Positions 50,099 through 64,000 are shown, counted from the stretch's first letter. The stretch is 64,000 nucleotides of DNA from Iphione sp. A-MEVVRFRX5 (GCA_976226885.1 OZ320319.1:68758001-68822000), one strand, 5' to 3'. Translations and numbers: made by a program. Notes: generated by a model not told the origin, from the sequence alone.

Positions 50099-50115
50099 TC
50101 TGGAAAAAAAATGTA
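50099..50115 (-). other. Splice acceptor upstream of the GPCR coding exon (exon starts at 50099)
   Basis: Minus strand reads ...ATACATTTTTTTTCCAG|ATGCGACC: a polypyrimidine tract plus CAG, 215 nt upstream of the ATG. Confidence 0.55.
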
Positions 50116-51201
50116 TGTGTATGTATACAGATATTTAATAGTATATATTCATAGGATATTGCAGTAGGAACTTATTTACGTTAAACACATATCTAATTTG
50201 CATTTACATTAGAAAGCTAAAGGTTTTCCATATGTTTGGTTCTTAATTGATTCTGCTTAGGGCACAAACATGTTAACTCTTTGCAGGGTAAGTGTGTCGC
50301 GGGAATGGCAATCTACGACGCGGCAATGAAATGGCCCCGTTATCCACAAAAGATTGAATGATAGAGCATTGGCTTGTCTGGCGTCTGTCTTTAACGTAGA
50401 TCGGTCCTCGTGATCGACCGTGGCTTAAATTAAATGCCATAAAGAAGGATCTGTATTCATTAGCTGAGCCGCCTTTCATGCGCATCCCGGAGGGGGTTCA
50501 TTATGCTTTTCCCTTGTCGACGTCGCTGCTGGTTTCCTTTGTCGCTGTATCTAATATCAGCCCCAGCGGTGCGCTTAAATGCTTGACAGCGAGGTGGGGG
50601 GATGAACGGATTTCTAAGATTCCACTGGAAATGATTGAATCAAGCTATCACATCGTCGCTTATAACAGAATGTTCTCCAGTTCCCAACAATCGTTTCACA
50701 TTTCTTGCGAGACATTTACTGGAGATACACCCAGTAAACTGACTCTTAAAAATGACACGAATTATCATGTCCTCCCCATAGACGCCATTCATCAATTACA
50801 TATTTAGAACAGATTTTTGAAAATATTCATAAATGCATCTGGTGTTACCTCTCCTACAATTGATTGTCGTCGGAATTCATTTCATTAACATTCAAGCTGA
50901 CGTTCAAGTGATCGTCGCCCGTCTAACATTATTAAGAGCAGAAAAAAGAAGCCTAACAAAAGCAAAGCTGGAGAAAGGAGGCCACATCTTTTTTTCCACA
51001 GCGCAGGGTTGGAGGTTCGACACCATTGTCAGCATATCGGTCAGTATTATCGTGACCGAGAGGGAATGTGTGTAGAGGGCAGTACAAATCGCAGCCGACG
51101 CCCGCCCGCCGTCGCGGCCTTTGCCTGCCTCTCCGACAGGACCCAGTCGGCGATTACAGAGCCCCCTGACGGGGACCCCCTGAACCGGTGATAAATGGCG
51201 T

Positions 51202-51362
51202 CATTACCTGCGTTCAACATGGACCTCCAGGTGTAGGGGCCATGGGCTCTGACAGCTGCCCGGGGGGCGGGGGGGGAGGGGCGGGGCCCTAAGGAGAGCA
51301 GCACGGCCGTGCGGCTGAGATGCATCGGAGGGGGTGGTTAGTTACTTCATTATCGTTTATAT
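51202..51362 (-). promoter_or_regulatory. Putative GPCR promoter and non-coding first exon
   Basis: Minus-strand TATAAA at 51362-51357, GC boxes (GGGGCGGGG) at 51262-51286, and a strong donor CAG|GTAATG at 51208/51207 that could pair with the 50100 acceptor (intron ~1.1 kb). Inferred only. Confidence 0.3.
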
Positions 51363-53734
51363 CCATGAACCTTCACACATTCGCTCCTCCGCTGTTGACT
51401 TTCCGTGGGAGAATGATTTCAAAAGAGATTTACATTGACACTTTTAGCACTTTCCTGGGGCACTTCACGACGACTAGAAAAACTTTCCCAATGCTATTCT
51501 CGTTGTTCAATTCCACGCTTCTCCTGGGGGGTATTGCTTCATTATATTTGGGATTTAAGAAATCTTCAGTCATATTGAAATAGGAAAAAATATAATAATT
51601 ATATTATGTTTCTATCGGATCAATAGCAAAGAGCGACCTGATACCAGCTCACATGAACTTACAAGTTGCATTTGCAATCACATCAATTCTACATAAACAG
51701 AAAGAAACGGCTATGAAACCTGATTTTCCCCTTGCAAAATTTTATGTCGTTATTGAAGTCTCCAAAGCATTTCTCTCCCTGTATTAGATGGCTGTGGATA
51801 GCATTTTATTGAGTTAATTCCCCACAATAAATATCATCGCTCATTTGAAACAACCTGGAAATCCATGCGGGAAAAAAATATGCTGCCCTCGAACCTGGCG
51901 TGGGAAGGTCACGCTTATTGCAATAGGATGCATTACCCAACTGGAGAACGTGGCCGATCATAAAAGCTGCGGAAGTTGAAACCCAATCATTAAACCGATC
52001 TGGGATGGCCAAATTATTCATAAATTTGCTAATTGAGTGTAACGGAGGTCGGAGAATTAGTTATCCCATCTTGGCATCAATTCCATTGATTTCTCCGTTT
52101 TATGGAATTCGCCCTTTGTAACGAGTTACGGGGTCATGATCAGACATCGTATTTAGGAGTACTATATAGCAACCGTCAGTTTACTGTACAGAACCTACAG
52201 GGAAAAAACAATAATATAGTCGAGATGAGAGCAATTAGTGTCCTGTGTTGGGCATGTATTGTAAAAGCTTAATGATAAAAGCAATTCCTGCCAAAGCTGG
52301 TGATGCGAACGGTACTGGATGTGGCAGCAATTAACTTTGGTGTAAAATACTGTAAGAGAATGAGCAAAGCGTAGTAACAAATTGATGGCTACTTCACAGG
52401 AGCATGTTAGAATCCCGTGTCAGAATGGACTTGCTACTTCTTGCTACACTCATGGTTGCCAGTGGGGCGATATTTAACCGGTCTCGAATGGCAAAATCAT
52501 TCTAGCCACACTACAAGGGGTCTTTCTTAAAGGAAGCTCAGTGCTGGAAGTCATGCAAATAGGGGAGAGAAAATAGACATACTGTGAAGCATTATTACAT
52601 TATTCGACGAACGCTTTTAAAAGGATGCTGATTTGTATCGGCGGAATACCGTAAGAAAAATCCAGACGCTTCTGGAGGATTTCGTGCAGGTTTGGAACTC
52701 CTTCCTTGCAGTCACTTTCAAGATTGTTCCTGGATTGCCTTCCTCCCGGCCTTGCCCACGCGGGTCATCAATTAAGAACTACTTGTCACAGATGAGAAGT
52801 TCCGTAAGAAAAGGGCGTCTATTACGCCGGACCTAATGATTTTAATGCCCGGAACATGATGGCAGACCACAAAAGGGGTCTTGGCTTTCCCTCTTGAAGA
52901 TTATTTGCCTGCAATAACTTGATGAACGTGACTTTTCGCTTCATATGTGAGCGTAATATTATATTAATACATTCACAGCCTATGATGCAAGTAGTGTCTA
53001 AAATTATCTATGGGTTTCCATGAATTTCTAAAGCAAGTATGAACCTTCTGTTGCATAGTCTACTTCAAATACAAATATAAATTACGAAGATTCCCAAACA
53101 TAAAACAATTTCCTTTCAATATTTAGCACTGACAATTACTCATTGAAAGTAATCTTTTATTTGTCAACCAAGAAATCCAAAATGGGAATTTTCCCCGCAC
53201 CTGTCATATGTGTCCTTCGAGATAAAAAAAATATACATTTAAGTTGATAAGAAAGTATACATTCTCCACTACAATCTCTGTTTCGTCCTTCTATCACGTG
53301 CTCGATATCTAAAAAAAATCCATGAAGCAGGGACGCAATTCCAAGATTACACATTGTTGAAAATTAATCTTATGTTCAATCTTTGCGCAATGATGTGATT
53401 TTAGACCTTGTTCGATCGCCTACCGCCCTATTTCATGGGGATACCAGGAAGGGCTAATCTAGTGACGGGTGTTTTCCTATTGTTCCTCCGACTAATTTTC
53501 TCGCAGCCATTCCCTGGCTTTTGTTTCGCCAGCTGTCCGCTTGGTGGTCCAGACAATGGTGACAGCCGACTACTCAGGGCCGTTCCTTTCTTGGGAAGAG
53601 TTCAGTTCGTCTGATGGTTGATTAGTTAAGATGCTTTTTGTCTTCACCGCTGAGCCAGATGCTGGAATACTCTTGATAATTAGCGTGATGGGCAGGGCGT
53701 CACCAATGGCTTCCGTTGGAAAGACCATTCAGAC

Positions 53735-53990
53735 TGGGTGAGGGTCACCATGGTTCCAACAAGTATTACACCGTGTCAGAGTCACTATGTATGGGTCACC
53801 ATGATACCTACAAGTACTATAGCTTATTAGAGTCATTGGGTAAGGATCATCATGACACTATCAAGTACTACAGCTTATCAGAGTCACTGGGTATGGGTCA
53901 CCGTGGTTCCAACAAGCACTGTACAGCTTGTCACTGGACAGAGGTCACCATGATACCCACGAGTCCTACAGCTTGGCGGAGTGACCTTCA
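53735..53990. repeat. 51-bp minisatellite, about 5 diverged copies
   Basis: Units start at 53742, 53793, 53844, 53895 and 53942 (GGGTCACCATG...CAAGTA.TACAGCTT.TCAGAGTCACTGGGTAT). Confidence 0.85.
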
Positions 53991-56900
53991 GAAGCTTCAC
54001 TACATTGAGTCTCGCACTCGTAGCCAGCTACAGCAATAGGAGATCAGCTAGCACCTCTAAATTAGTGCATTTTCATTTACAATACCTAATGGCACGATGT
54101 GTATAAATACTAAATTTGCAAACGATGCAAAGGTACGTTTAAATCACATATAATAACATCAGCGTTCTTAATTAATTTTTATGAATAAGGCCCTTTAATT
54201 CCCTCTTAATTGAGAGTGTAAAATCAGGTCAAAAAGCAGCGAAATTTATTTTGTTCTTCAGACGTGTGACCAATCTTCGCTGTAGGACAAGCTTGTTTGG
54301 TCGGAGAAAGGCACGAACTTCTACCAGCACGGAGCGTAATTTGTTGTTCAGCGTGTTCACTACCGTCAAAGCCCTTGACCCCATAAGGCTGTGAAGCAAT
54401 ATGTGGACAAGACTGCCCCATATAGGTAGGTACGCCTTTGTAATGATCCTTGCGGAGTCAGCAACTGACCCTAGTGTGCAATCAGGCGGGGACCTCTGAA
54501 GTGATGTAGAAAAACAGGGTCGACGAGAAAAGCAAGAGAAGAATTACAGGATGTAGAATATTGACACTTCTCTGCTTTAGTTGACTCCTGCTTTGTATGA
54601 CCATGCACCTACTTTCTATTGAAACATTCGGGGGGGGATGTCATTAATGTAAATTCTGATGTTAATGTACATGTATATGCAAGTAATTGGAACCTATTTG
54701 ACTGGTTTGAGAAAGCATTGAGAATCATGGGTCCCATAACCCGGACGTAATCAGGCAGGCACGAGTTCTTCACAGGAAAAATTGTCCACATTTCGATGCA
54801 CACCAGGGACGTAAGTGCTGTGGCAATCATAGTCATAAACACCAGTTGAGACAAATCACAGCAATTACTTTTTCAGCGCCCAAAAACATGTTGTTAGGCA
54901 GTTGATGGAGATAACGAGGCAATTTGGACAAAAAAACTAACTTTGTGATTTTAATTATGTTTCATTCTTTAAGGCACGGGAAACGCCGCGAATGCATCAC
55001 TCTGCGCTCACGAAATGACAATTGAAGCTTGTTTAGTTGGCTGTGTTTTTTTCACATCGGATTGTCATCGTTCTACGTGATAGGCACCTGTCTGTAGTTG
55101 GGGGGGGGGGGGCGGCTGTGACAGGAGGAGAGGCGTTTGGCAATTACGTCCGATGGTAGATGTGCCGGGATGGGTGTGCACGCTCGTACCCAGCTGCGTT
55201 CGCATACTCATATAACGACGTGTTTCGGGGTTTTCAATGAATGCGACTGACGTGGTTAATGATGGTTCTTCGCGCACAGATCAACACATTGGTGGCAGTA
55301 TCGCTCCGGAAGAAGCTCAGTGTTACCAACAAGCTCTCGCAGCCCGCACGGCCACCGTGGAGTCCTCCATGAAAGGTCCCTCCTGGTCATTCTGTAGGCT
55401 GGCAAAATGTCAACGAGATATCATTTGCCACTAGATGGATCCTTAACCTTAGTCCCAGTAGGACGGAGGAATATATTGAGCCAAGTCCTTCCACACGGCG
55501 ACGGGCTTCATTTGTGTGTGTGATCATAAAAGCAAGTACCAATTAATTTGACATCAGGTGACGCCTTTGTAAGGCTTGTCATAACAATTTACTTAAAATA
55601 CTGGTATTTTGTTCTTATTTGTCATGCGTCTCATTGTTGTGGACTACCAAATCAAGATTAAATGCAAAGGGGAAAAAAATGAAAATTGCTTATATTGGTG
55701 GCTTGCGCTAAGTCCTTTGGCTACAATTGACAGCTTTTTCTCATTACATCCTCGGAGGAATGACTTCCTTCAGTCTCAGCCGCTAGCGAAGGCTGCGAGT
55801 AATCAGATCACGTCCACATAGCAGCCACAGGCCCTGTCTCTAAAGGCTACTCCTGGTGTCACCATGGAGACCTGGTTGGCAGTAATAGACCTCTTACCAG
55901 AGTAGAGCATGACGCATGTAGAACTTGCAGTTCCTCTACGAAAGAAGCGGCATCTGCTGCCGGGTAAGGTGCATATGGGAAATGATTTATAAATGGTGCC
56001 TCGGCTAAAAATACGAATATGCAATTTCCTGCACAGCTTGTATCAGTGCTGCCCCAATATGCAGCTGGGAAATTTCAAAGCACGAGCAGCCGTTAAATGG
56101 TACATGGATACAAGATTAATTTAAGAAATACGATCTGTTTCACTACTAAATATCGCTCCCTTCAGTTCCTATAGACTCATAACAGGAAATTGGCGGCAGA
56201 CATGCCTGCCACTCGCAGGAATGGTAAAATAATGGGCTTGTGCTAAACCTGGAGCCTACACCAATGTAACAGCACTTCCGCCACAGTTTGAAGTGGATAT
56301 TGCGTGCTGATGTTTACAAAACTCCCAAGAATTATAGGTAAGTAGAACCTGAATTATTAGTAGCTGTTAATCTAAGGTAATTTCCTCTTCAGACTGTTAA
56401 TAGAAATAACTTTCTGGTTCTATTTCAGCAGATACAATTGGGCTGCAGACTACAGATCAGCATCTGCACTTAAAAACGCCGAGATTTATTTTTCCACATC
56501 ACGACAATGATTTATAACAAACTAAATCATGAATGATTACGATTACAATGCAGGAACTTCGTACAATTTTTCACATCATATATAAGCCATCACTACGAAG
56601 CTTAAAGGCATCTTGATGAGAAACAATCTCCTCTAGAAAGTTAAAACAATGACTAATTTGGCCTACCTCATTTCTCACAGCACAGTGCATGTATGGAGTG
56701 GTTTTAGTGGCCTTAATGGCCTCAATCAAACAACATGCATTGTCTTCTGATTAAGCATCCAGCAGCAGACTGTTGCCTCTCTAATGGCTATGTTGCCTTG
56801 TCATCCTTCATTGTCAACGTCGGCATGGCAGGTGTTGCTCGGACCGACACCGCACTGTCAATACAGGGAGTGCGTGGATCTATTCCGAAGTGTTTACAGC

Positions 56901-59900
56901 CTCAGTCCCGAGAGCCAGTCCTCAAATGTCTGTGTCACCTCCCGTTCCTGTGCCGTCCGCACACAGGGGACCGTGGTACTGTCAGCAGCGACTGCAGCCT
57001 CAAGAACCCATGTGGGGAGAAGCAAGCAAGGGGAGCAAGGGGAGCAAGGAACAGCTGCGCACCGGATAAGCAGCACACTCTCTACTGATCCTCAAAATCG
57101 AAAAGAGCTGGCTCAGTCCTTGTCACGAATAAACGGTAAACAGTTCTAAATACTACCTGTCGGTGAGAGGAACATAACATCACCCTAGATTGATGTCAAT
57201 ACATGGGTGAAATTTCGTGGAAAAAAACATCTTGTGTTTCTCACGGTTTTCAACTCCTAAAGTGAGAATACATCCAGGTACATAGTAGATCGATCTTGAA
57301 GGACGGCAAGGCACTAAAACAAGATTCCGAACCAGAAATTAGACCACTTGGAAATTACGAACAAATTATATTAAACTTTCATAGCAATAGTGCTCTACCA
57401 TTTAGACCGACGTTGGAGCGGAGGAGTCCAGCATTGACTGATGTCTATGACTTTGTAACAACCGGTAACTGATTGCTACACTTTCTGCCAGACACGTGAC
57501 TTCCTTTCCTATCGAAGCTTGCCTGAGCGATAATGGGCTGCCCGCGAGGGGTCGTGACACCGTCATGAGATCCGCTCCTTTCCACTCTCCCCTATAAAAA
57601 GCCATCATAGACGATCAATTTGCTTTTATGTCCATCCCCATTTTACATCCCAGGAAGTGTCGAGTCCTCACGAGCAAGCAACTTTGATGTACTTTTTTTT
57701 TAACTTCGCGCCTGCTAGCACATAAGATGACGCGTAGTCTTATCTTGTACCATTCTCATGTTCAGCTTCTGAACTTGGTCCTCATAAACCAAAAACATTA
57801 GATGCACACTTTAGCATATGTTCCTTTGATGTTATTTGTTTCTTTGCAAGACTTTTTCTTCACATGAGTAATGATATACAATGCAAACACTGCCATGTTC
57901 ATATTTCATATTTCAATCCAGTGTGTGTCACGCGTTCATTTTTGCCTAGCATCGTTTCTGGGTTTTATTCAGACTGATATCGAGAGACCCATTCATCCTG
58001 GTGTAATAACAGCTCATAGGACCAGATCGAAGACTGATCACACACCGCATTACCAAATGTACAGCCACCTATATCACATGTAAGAGCATACTTATTGCGA
58101 GATATCCTAAGAGCGCTCCGGCCCAGCCCATATCCCTTTGGCACTGGCACATTGGTCATAGGGAACATCACCCATCAGGGGCTGTCAGTGTGGAGGCCCA
58201 CGAGCTTAGTTGCTTCGAACAGTGCCATGAATTCGCCGTAATTAGCTTCGAAATTAACTGAGCCACGAAACAGGCCGGAAGCCCAATCTGTTGCTGTCCG
58301 GATGGAACCAAGAGGAATCCACGTATAAGCCTGTAGGAAATGGGCCCATGACACACTCTTTCATTGTCTTAGCAGTGCAGCTCATTTAAATATATCAATA
58401 ATCTGGATAAAAAGATTAATTTTTGAAAAGGAAAAGCCATTTAGGCATTCAGAATTAGGCCGACAAAAATAAATACATACATCTGTTAGCACTTTTTAAA
58501 AAATATCTCCATTCTAATTTGTAATATAATTGTCATTATGCATATTACACAGCGTACTTACTGAATACAGCCCAGAGTTTTGCCTAGTCAGACTCTTTGA
58601 ATAAAGGCAGCTATAACAAGAGCAGACGTTGGCCCAACTAGACTTGCGCGTGCCGAATGAGAGATGACAAGTACCAGCGTTGTCTACAAGACGCCAGCTG
58701 TCAAGATACCGGGGAGATGTGCCGACCAAACGATGCGGCACACAGGGTGGTGCTTGTAGTTGGCCGGGCGGCATGTCGGTCGGCGGGCTGGGAGTAGCTC
58801 CGGGTGCGCCGCGGCAGCGGCTGGGAGCAGCTCGCGACGGTCTATCAGGCGACTGGACATATGCAGCTCGCCTGCCTTAGCTCGCCTGCCTTCTTATCAG
58901 CGATCGATGCGGCCTCGTCCTGGCACAATCAACATTGATCGCACCACTTAACGATAAAGCAAATCTGCAGTCTAGGATGCCCCCCCCCCCTTTTAAAATG
59001 TTTAGCACTGCCCACAGCAAATAACTTCGCGCTCGTTTTACCTTTCCTTTTCTTTTTTTACCACCAAATCAACCCTTGGTGAAAAGCAGCCTTCCTGGCA
59101 TCTAATCCTGTTAGAGTTACTGGAGACATATGAAGGCCAGGAAATGAAGTGGTTCCCGGATATTAGCACGTGGCAGCCTGACGGCGCGGGCCCCGTGTAG
59201 CAAGGGACACATCGGAGCCAGCAAATGACTTTACCTTATTGTAAAACTAGGAAATGGTACCCTCGTCGACGGCTTCCCCTGAGCCTTTGCTGCGAGGGTG
59301 GTCAGAAAACATTATCCTTTCTGAGAGTTCGAAGGTCGGCGGGTCAGCGCAGCGTGCAGCAGCCGTCTGGGTAGCTAGTCTACCGACGTCTGTCCCGCTA
59401 GGAGGTCCTTCCCCCCCCCCCCACCTCCAGGCCTCCCTGATGGCTGAGGACTAAAGGGCAAAAGGTCCCTCACCTTTGTTCGCACGTCATTCATCCAAGC
59501 GGCATTGACCGAGGCCAAACCACATCAGACGGTTGTCGCTTCTGCCAGGAAGCCAGCGGCCATGTGGCTTCAGTCAATGGTTTGGGTTCACTAGCGGCCG
59601 GGGAGAGAGGCACTAACCAGGGACCAGCCCACTTCCGACTCAAGTTGAGCCAATGGTACATTGCTGCGATTCTTATCTTTATTCGTCTCGTTTAACCTCC
59701 GACTATCTGAATTAATTATAAATTGTACCGAAACGGGTCAATAGCGTAAAACTAATCTCGCAATTACGCTTTTTCCTTCCTTCAGAGACCGATAAAACAC
59801 GATGAAATATTGCAGTGGGTCGATAGTTCTCGACGCAGTTCGAGGAAATTCTACCAAAGGATAACGGGAAGCTCATCAATTCGATAAGCATCGATGTATA

Positions 59901-62900
59901 GTAATTATACTGATAGATAAATAAATAAACCAACCAGGGCACTCAGATATCGGCATCTAAACATCTTGATTTCCAAGCTTCGGTTGGGTTTAATGTGAAT
60001 GAGTCATTAGCCTGTTAACAGTTACGTTGATGTACGTAATTTCAGAAGGGGTGCCCATCAGAGTGACGATTTGTTGTACCTGTAAATACACACCTGTGCT
60101 AGACTGGTACCATAGCCCACCAATGAGAAAAGCTGGACCACTCTGTAACTGACCCATCGCTGAATACTAAAATGTTAATGGTAATCGTATCAAATTCAAA
60201 TGAAAGCAGCTTTCATTGCATTTTATTTCAAGAAAAAGTAAAAATACAACGCCCTATAAAGTCGGCTAATGGCAAGGCTTCGCGGCTATAACTCAATTAT
60301 TTGGAGCTCTCTCATCCTATTGAGATATTTATGTCCTGTATATCGCAATCATAGTATAGAATGAAATTCTAGAGCTAATATAGATATTAAATCTGATATG
60401 CAAAATAGTCGCAGAGGTGCAATAAGCCTATGCTGGATTTGTTAACTTTTAGGACTGCATCTATTGCCACCCATCCTTGATTCTATGTTCTGTGTACTCT
60501 ATGAGCTGTTAATCACAATGTTGATTATTAATATGTTCCTATTCTTATGTTGAAAATTTAGTTACACTGAAATTTTAAGAAACTATACATTGGTGTGTGA
60601 CATTCCCGGTATGTATGTATATGTACAGATGTATAAGTATATGTATATATATATCTCATTCTTTATCTATAGCTAGTTTTCAGAATACTTTTGGACCCAA
60701 CGGACCTCCAAATAATGATCTATTAACAACAAGCAATGCTTAGTGTATTAAATCAAATGTTACTATATAACAGCATACATATATATATATTGTTAGACGC
60801 TTCTGGCAGGAGGAGCAAGCTCGAGCGGTATTACAGTGCCAATGTCTGAGAGGGAATCAATACCCGCCTTCCAGGTTTGACAAAGTAATTCTGAAACGGT
60901 TGGGATCACCTCAACGGCAAGCCTGTCGCGTGTGTTTCTACTCCCAAACGCCATGTCAAATTTTAGAACTGCAATAGTTTCAATGCCATCAGACAACACA
61001 GACCGGGAGGTAAAATGCTGTGTACGGGTCGTGTTAGGTTCAGTAAACACACTATTATTGATGTAGGACGCTCGTTGAGATGCTTGTAGGACGCTTGTTG
61101 ACCACGTCATAACTATACAGTATGTGCCGTTTATCTATATATATGGAAGAACCATCAATTATTTTTATATTTCATTTCCTACATAAAATTTCGTGCAACA
61201 TTAAAATCTTTTTGGACGAAACTGCCTTCAAAGTAAAGTGTACCGTTATACAAAAGAAACTGGTTTAACAAGTGTAATCAATAGGTCTGTACATAATGTA
61301 CAACTAAAACTGTTTCTGTTCTTTAATTTACGTTCTGAGTTTTGGGGGGATAAATTTCCACAAGGTGCAGATAAGCTCAACAAATATAATTCGATTTGGT
61401 TACGGAAATCAAGAGGACTTGACAAACTAATACCTGTAATCTAGTCCGTGAGCTCAGTGAATCAGTAATTTATAGCTGCACAGGACTGATAGTATCCTTA
61501 TTGTTGTGTAATCCAATAATCCCAATTGCCAAAAGATATTATTAAACAAAAGATAAAAATTTGGCTCAGGGTACTTGGGCAATTATAGTTTGTTTGCAAA
61601 AGAAAGAGTAATGAAACGTGTGTATTGTAGATACCTTACCACCAGGAAGTTGCAGGAAACCAGCAGTGTGAGTTTTATTATGGGTTCCTGCGGCTTCTTC
61701 CATTACAATTTCGTAATACCATTACACAAGGTCTATCTTTCATAACTGAATAATCTCGTCCATTAGTGCGATATATTTACCAGCACACTGGTACTCTTGG
61801 GAGTATTATACTATAAATTTAACAATGAGACAATGCAATGAAACATACACATTTTCTGTTTTGTTTTCCTGAAAGTCCAATTCTGGTTTATGGAATTACA
61901 GTCGAACGTCCCGATTCCGGACACCCTAGGTTCTGCCTCAAACTGCATTTTAGACGTGGCCACTGTGTAGATCTGTTAGTTGGATATGACTTGGGGGTCA
62001 AGTAAGACTCACAAAAGTGCAGAATTCTAAGACTAAGAGTCATTAAAGTGCAGAATTTGATACCTGAGCCAACACTTTGTCAACAGGGCTTATTCATGTC
62101 TACCTTTGAAAATGACTTCTGAGGCCTCTCTGCAGGCCCAAATTCGTGTGACAACACGGTCCTTAGGGGGACACTGCTTTGCTCCAAATCCAAGACATGT
62201 CCGCATGGGGGACGCTCAACTGTACTGCTTTTGTTTGAAGGGACCCTTTGCAAGATTCTGGCCGATGTTAGGACTATATTTTTCCAGAGCACCTTTGCAT
62301 CTGGATTTTACAAAGGCTACTTTCAAAGGCTGTTCATATAAACATAACTTATTACCGTGTATTAAAGAATTGATTTGCGTATCTCTCAATTAAGTTGAGG
62401 AAAATATATGATCAGCAAATTGAAATGTTTTTCAAATCCTGCAAAGTTGAAAAGTGGGTAATAATAGGGAGGGGTTCCGCGTATAACGATATAGACCCAT
62501 CCGTTTTTATGAAGGCAATACTGACCGTTTGTATCTCTTCATGGTCAAAAACAAAGTGTCGCTCAACAAAAGGAACAGTCCTTCACCCTTAAATATCTTG
62601 GCACACCGTTCTTCACAGAGATAAGCATACCAGTCTTACTAACTTCTCACTCCCCTTTGTAACTTCTCACTCCTCTCAAACTACAGTCATGCTAAGCCCG
62701 TCTACACACAGGGACATCGAAATCATGAAGCAACCTACTCATCAGACCTTTTCACCAAATGTGCAATGGTTCCACAACAGCTAACCATAAGCTTTAGCAA
62801 CCATGAGAAGTTTACCTAAACGGAACGAAAATCGTACGTCATCACCAACAAATGACTCACCTTCGTATAAGTCACTGTAAACTTCAAAAACATATTATAG

Positions 62901-64000
62901 CAAAGTCATGACCATCAGAGATATTTATATAATTTGTCGTTATATTTTCAAGAATGATTCTATTTAGGAAATAAAGACAAACATTTTCAGTTATCTTGAT
63001 ATATGTGATAGTGCCACAAAATCAAATGCAAATCCAAGAGTGTGCGTCTTTGAAAATGTCTGCAAGATAAGGTCGTCTTCAAAATGTCTAAGGGAACAAT
63101 AGTCCTAGGCAGGCAAAGGTTCGGAGGGAAATCTGTGGTAGGCAAATGCCTTAGATGAGCACACAGTCGACTGGCACATCCATGAAGCACCACAATATGG
63201 GCTAGATCAGAATTCCGGACAAATATTGTTGTACAAATTAATATACTTGCATGCAACGATACAGTCAGTACCAGTTTCGCTCGGAACCATGAAGGGATTA
63301 CGTATTGTAACATAATGCGAATAAATTATTATTCGGCCATTTTTTATGCTCCATGCCGCACGACTTTTCGGACGGAAGAGACACAATAGACGAATATATA
63401 AAGAATTCATATGGACCCTGCCCCCGGTGGATTTAAGCGGTGTTCCAGTAGCTGCCGAAGAAGGCACTAGTCTGGTCGCCTTGTTTGCTGGTACTGAAGG
63501 ACCTGTGGAGTTCTTCTCGGTAGTCGCATGATATCACTGGAGTATTTGTTACTAAACCATGCTCCTGCCACCATGTTATATTTTACCTTGTCTGCTCAAG
63601 TATCATGGTTTTTCTCTGTGGTAATTGAATATCTAAGGAGGTCCTAGTTGAGTATTTTTTAGGATATAAATTCTCTATGATACATCCTATGATTTTTAAC
63701 TACCGACGCTGATGAGCCAAGTGCTCTATTTAGAGAATGTTACAACTATCTCCTTTTATACCTCTATCATTGACCTGTTTCAGCCTTTGATTTCTTTTTA
63801 AATTTTGATGCACACACAGACAAGGGTTAATATCCCTTTGGCACTATCGGGGTGACGTGTTCTTCTACAAAGACCCTGATACCTTCAGCTAGACCATCTG
63901 TATTCCCCTGATTGTTTAGGGATTAAATGTTTGTCTCAAAGAGATTTAATCCTTAGGGGGGTGTTAATTAAGTCAAGTCGAGGATCAATCGTGGAACCGA

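Noticed and set aside
53716-54039. 107 aa ORF with His-rich repeats
   Set aside because: A by-product of the 51-bp (17-codon) minisatellite; no splice or start context support.
61897-61926. TA|CAGTCGAACGTCCCGATTCCGGACACCC resembling a Tc1/pogo terminal inverted repeat
   Set aside because: No matching inverted partner or transposase found in the window.
1-64000. CRISPR arrays, rRNA, tRNA and prokaryotic operons
   Set aside because: None seen. The tandem repeats lack unique spacers, and the sequence is eukaryotic (splice signals, LINEs, microsatellites).

Overview
AT-rich eukaryotic genomic DNA, most likely from a bilaterian invertebrate (inferred from the receptor type, the TE content and TACATGTA enrichment; the species cannot be determined from the sequence). 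The only clear host gene is an alpha2-adrenergic-like / Octalpha2R-like GPCR with an intronless CDS on the minus strand (47401-49884) and a uORF-rich 5' leader. The standout is an apparently full-length ~6.7 kb non-LTR retrotransposon of the CR1/L2 group (about 15571-22311, + strand) with three ORFs. ORF1 is coiled coil + L1-type RRM/CTD + a C-terminal NADAR (YbiA-like) domain. The separate middle ORF is an SGNH-hydrolase fold with all four signature residues substituted. ORF2 is APE endonuclease + RT, with one in-frame TGA near the C-terminus. The rest is intergenic: a probable solo LTR, two decayed CR1 3' fragments, a PHD-finger-like fragment, tandem repeats, microsatellites and unidentifiable decayed reading frames. 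All domain calls come from motif recognition by eye; no database searches were run.
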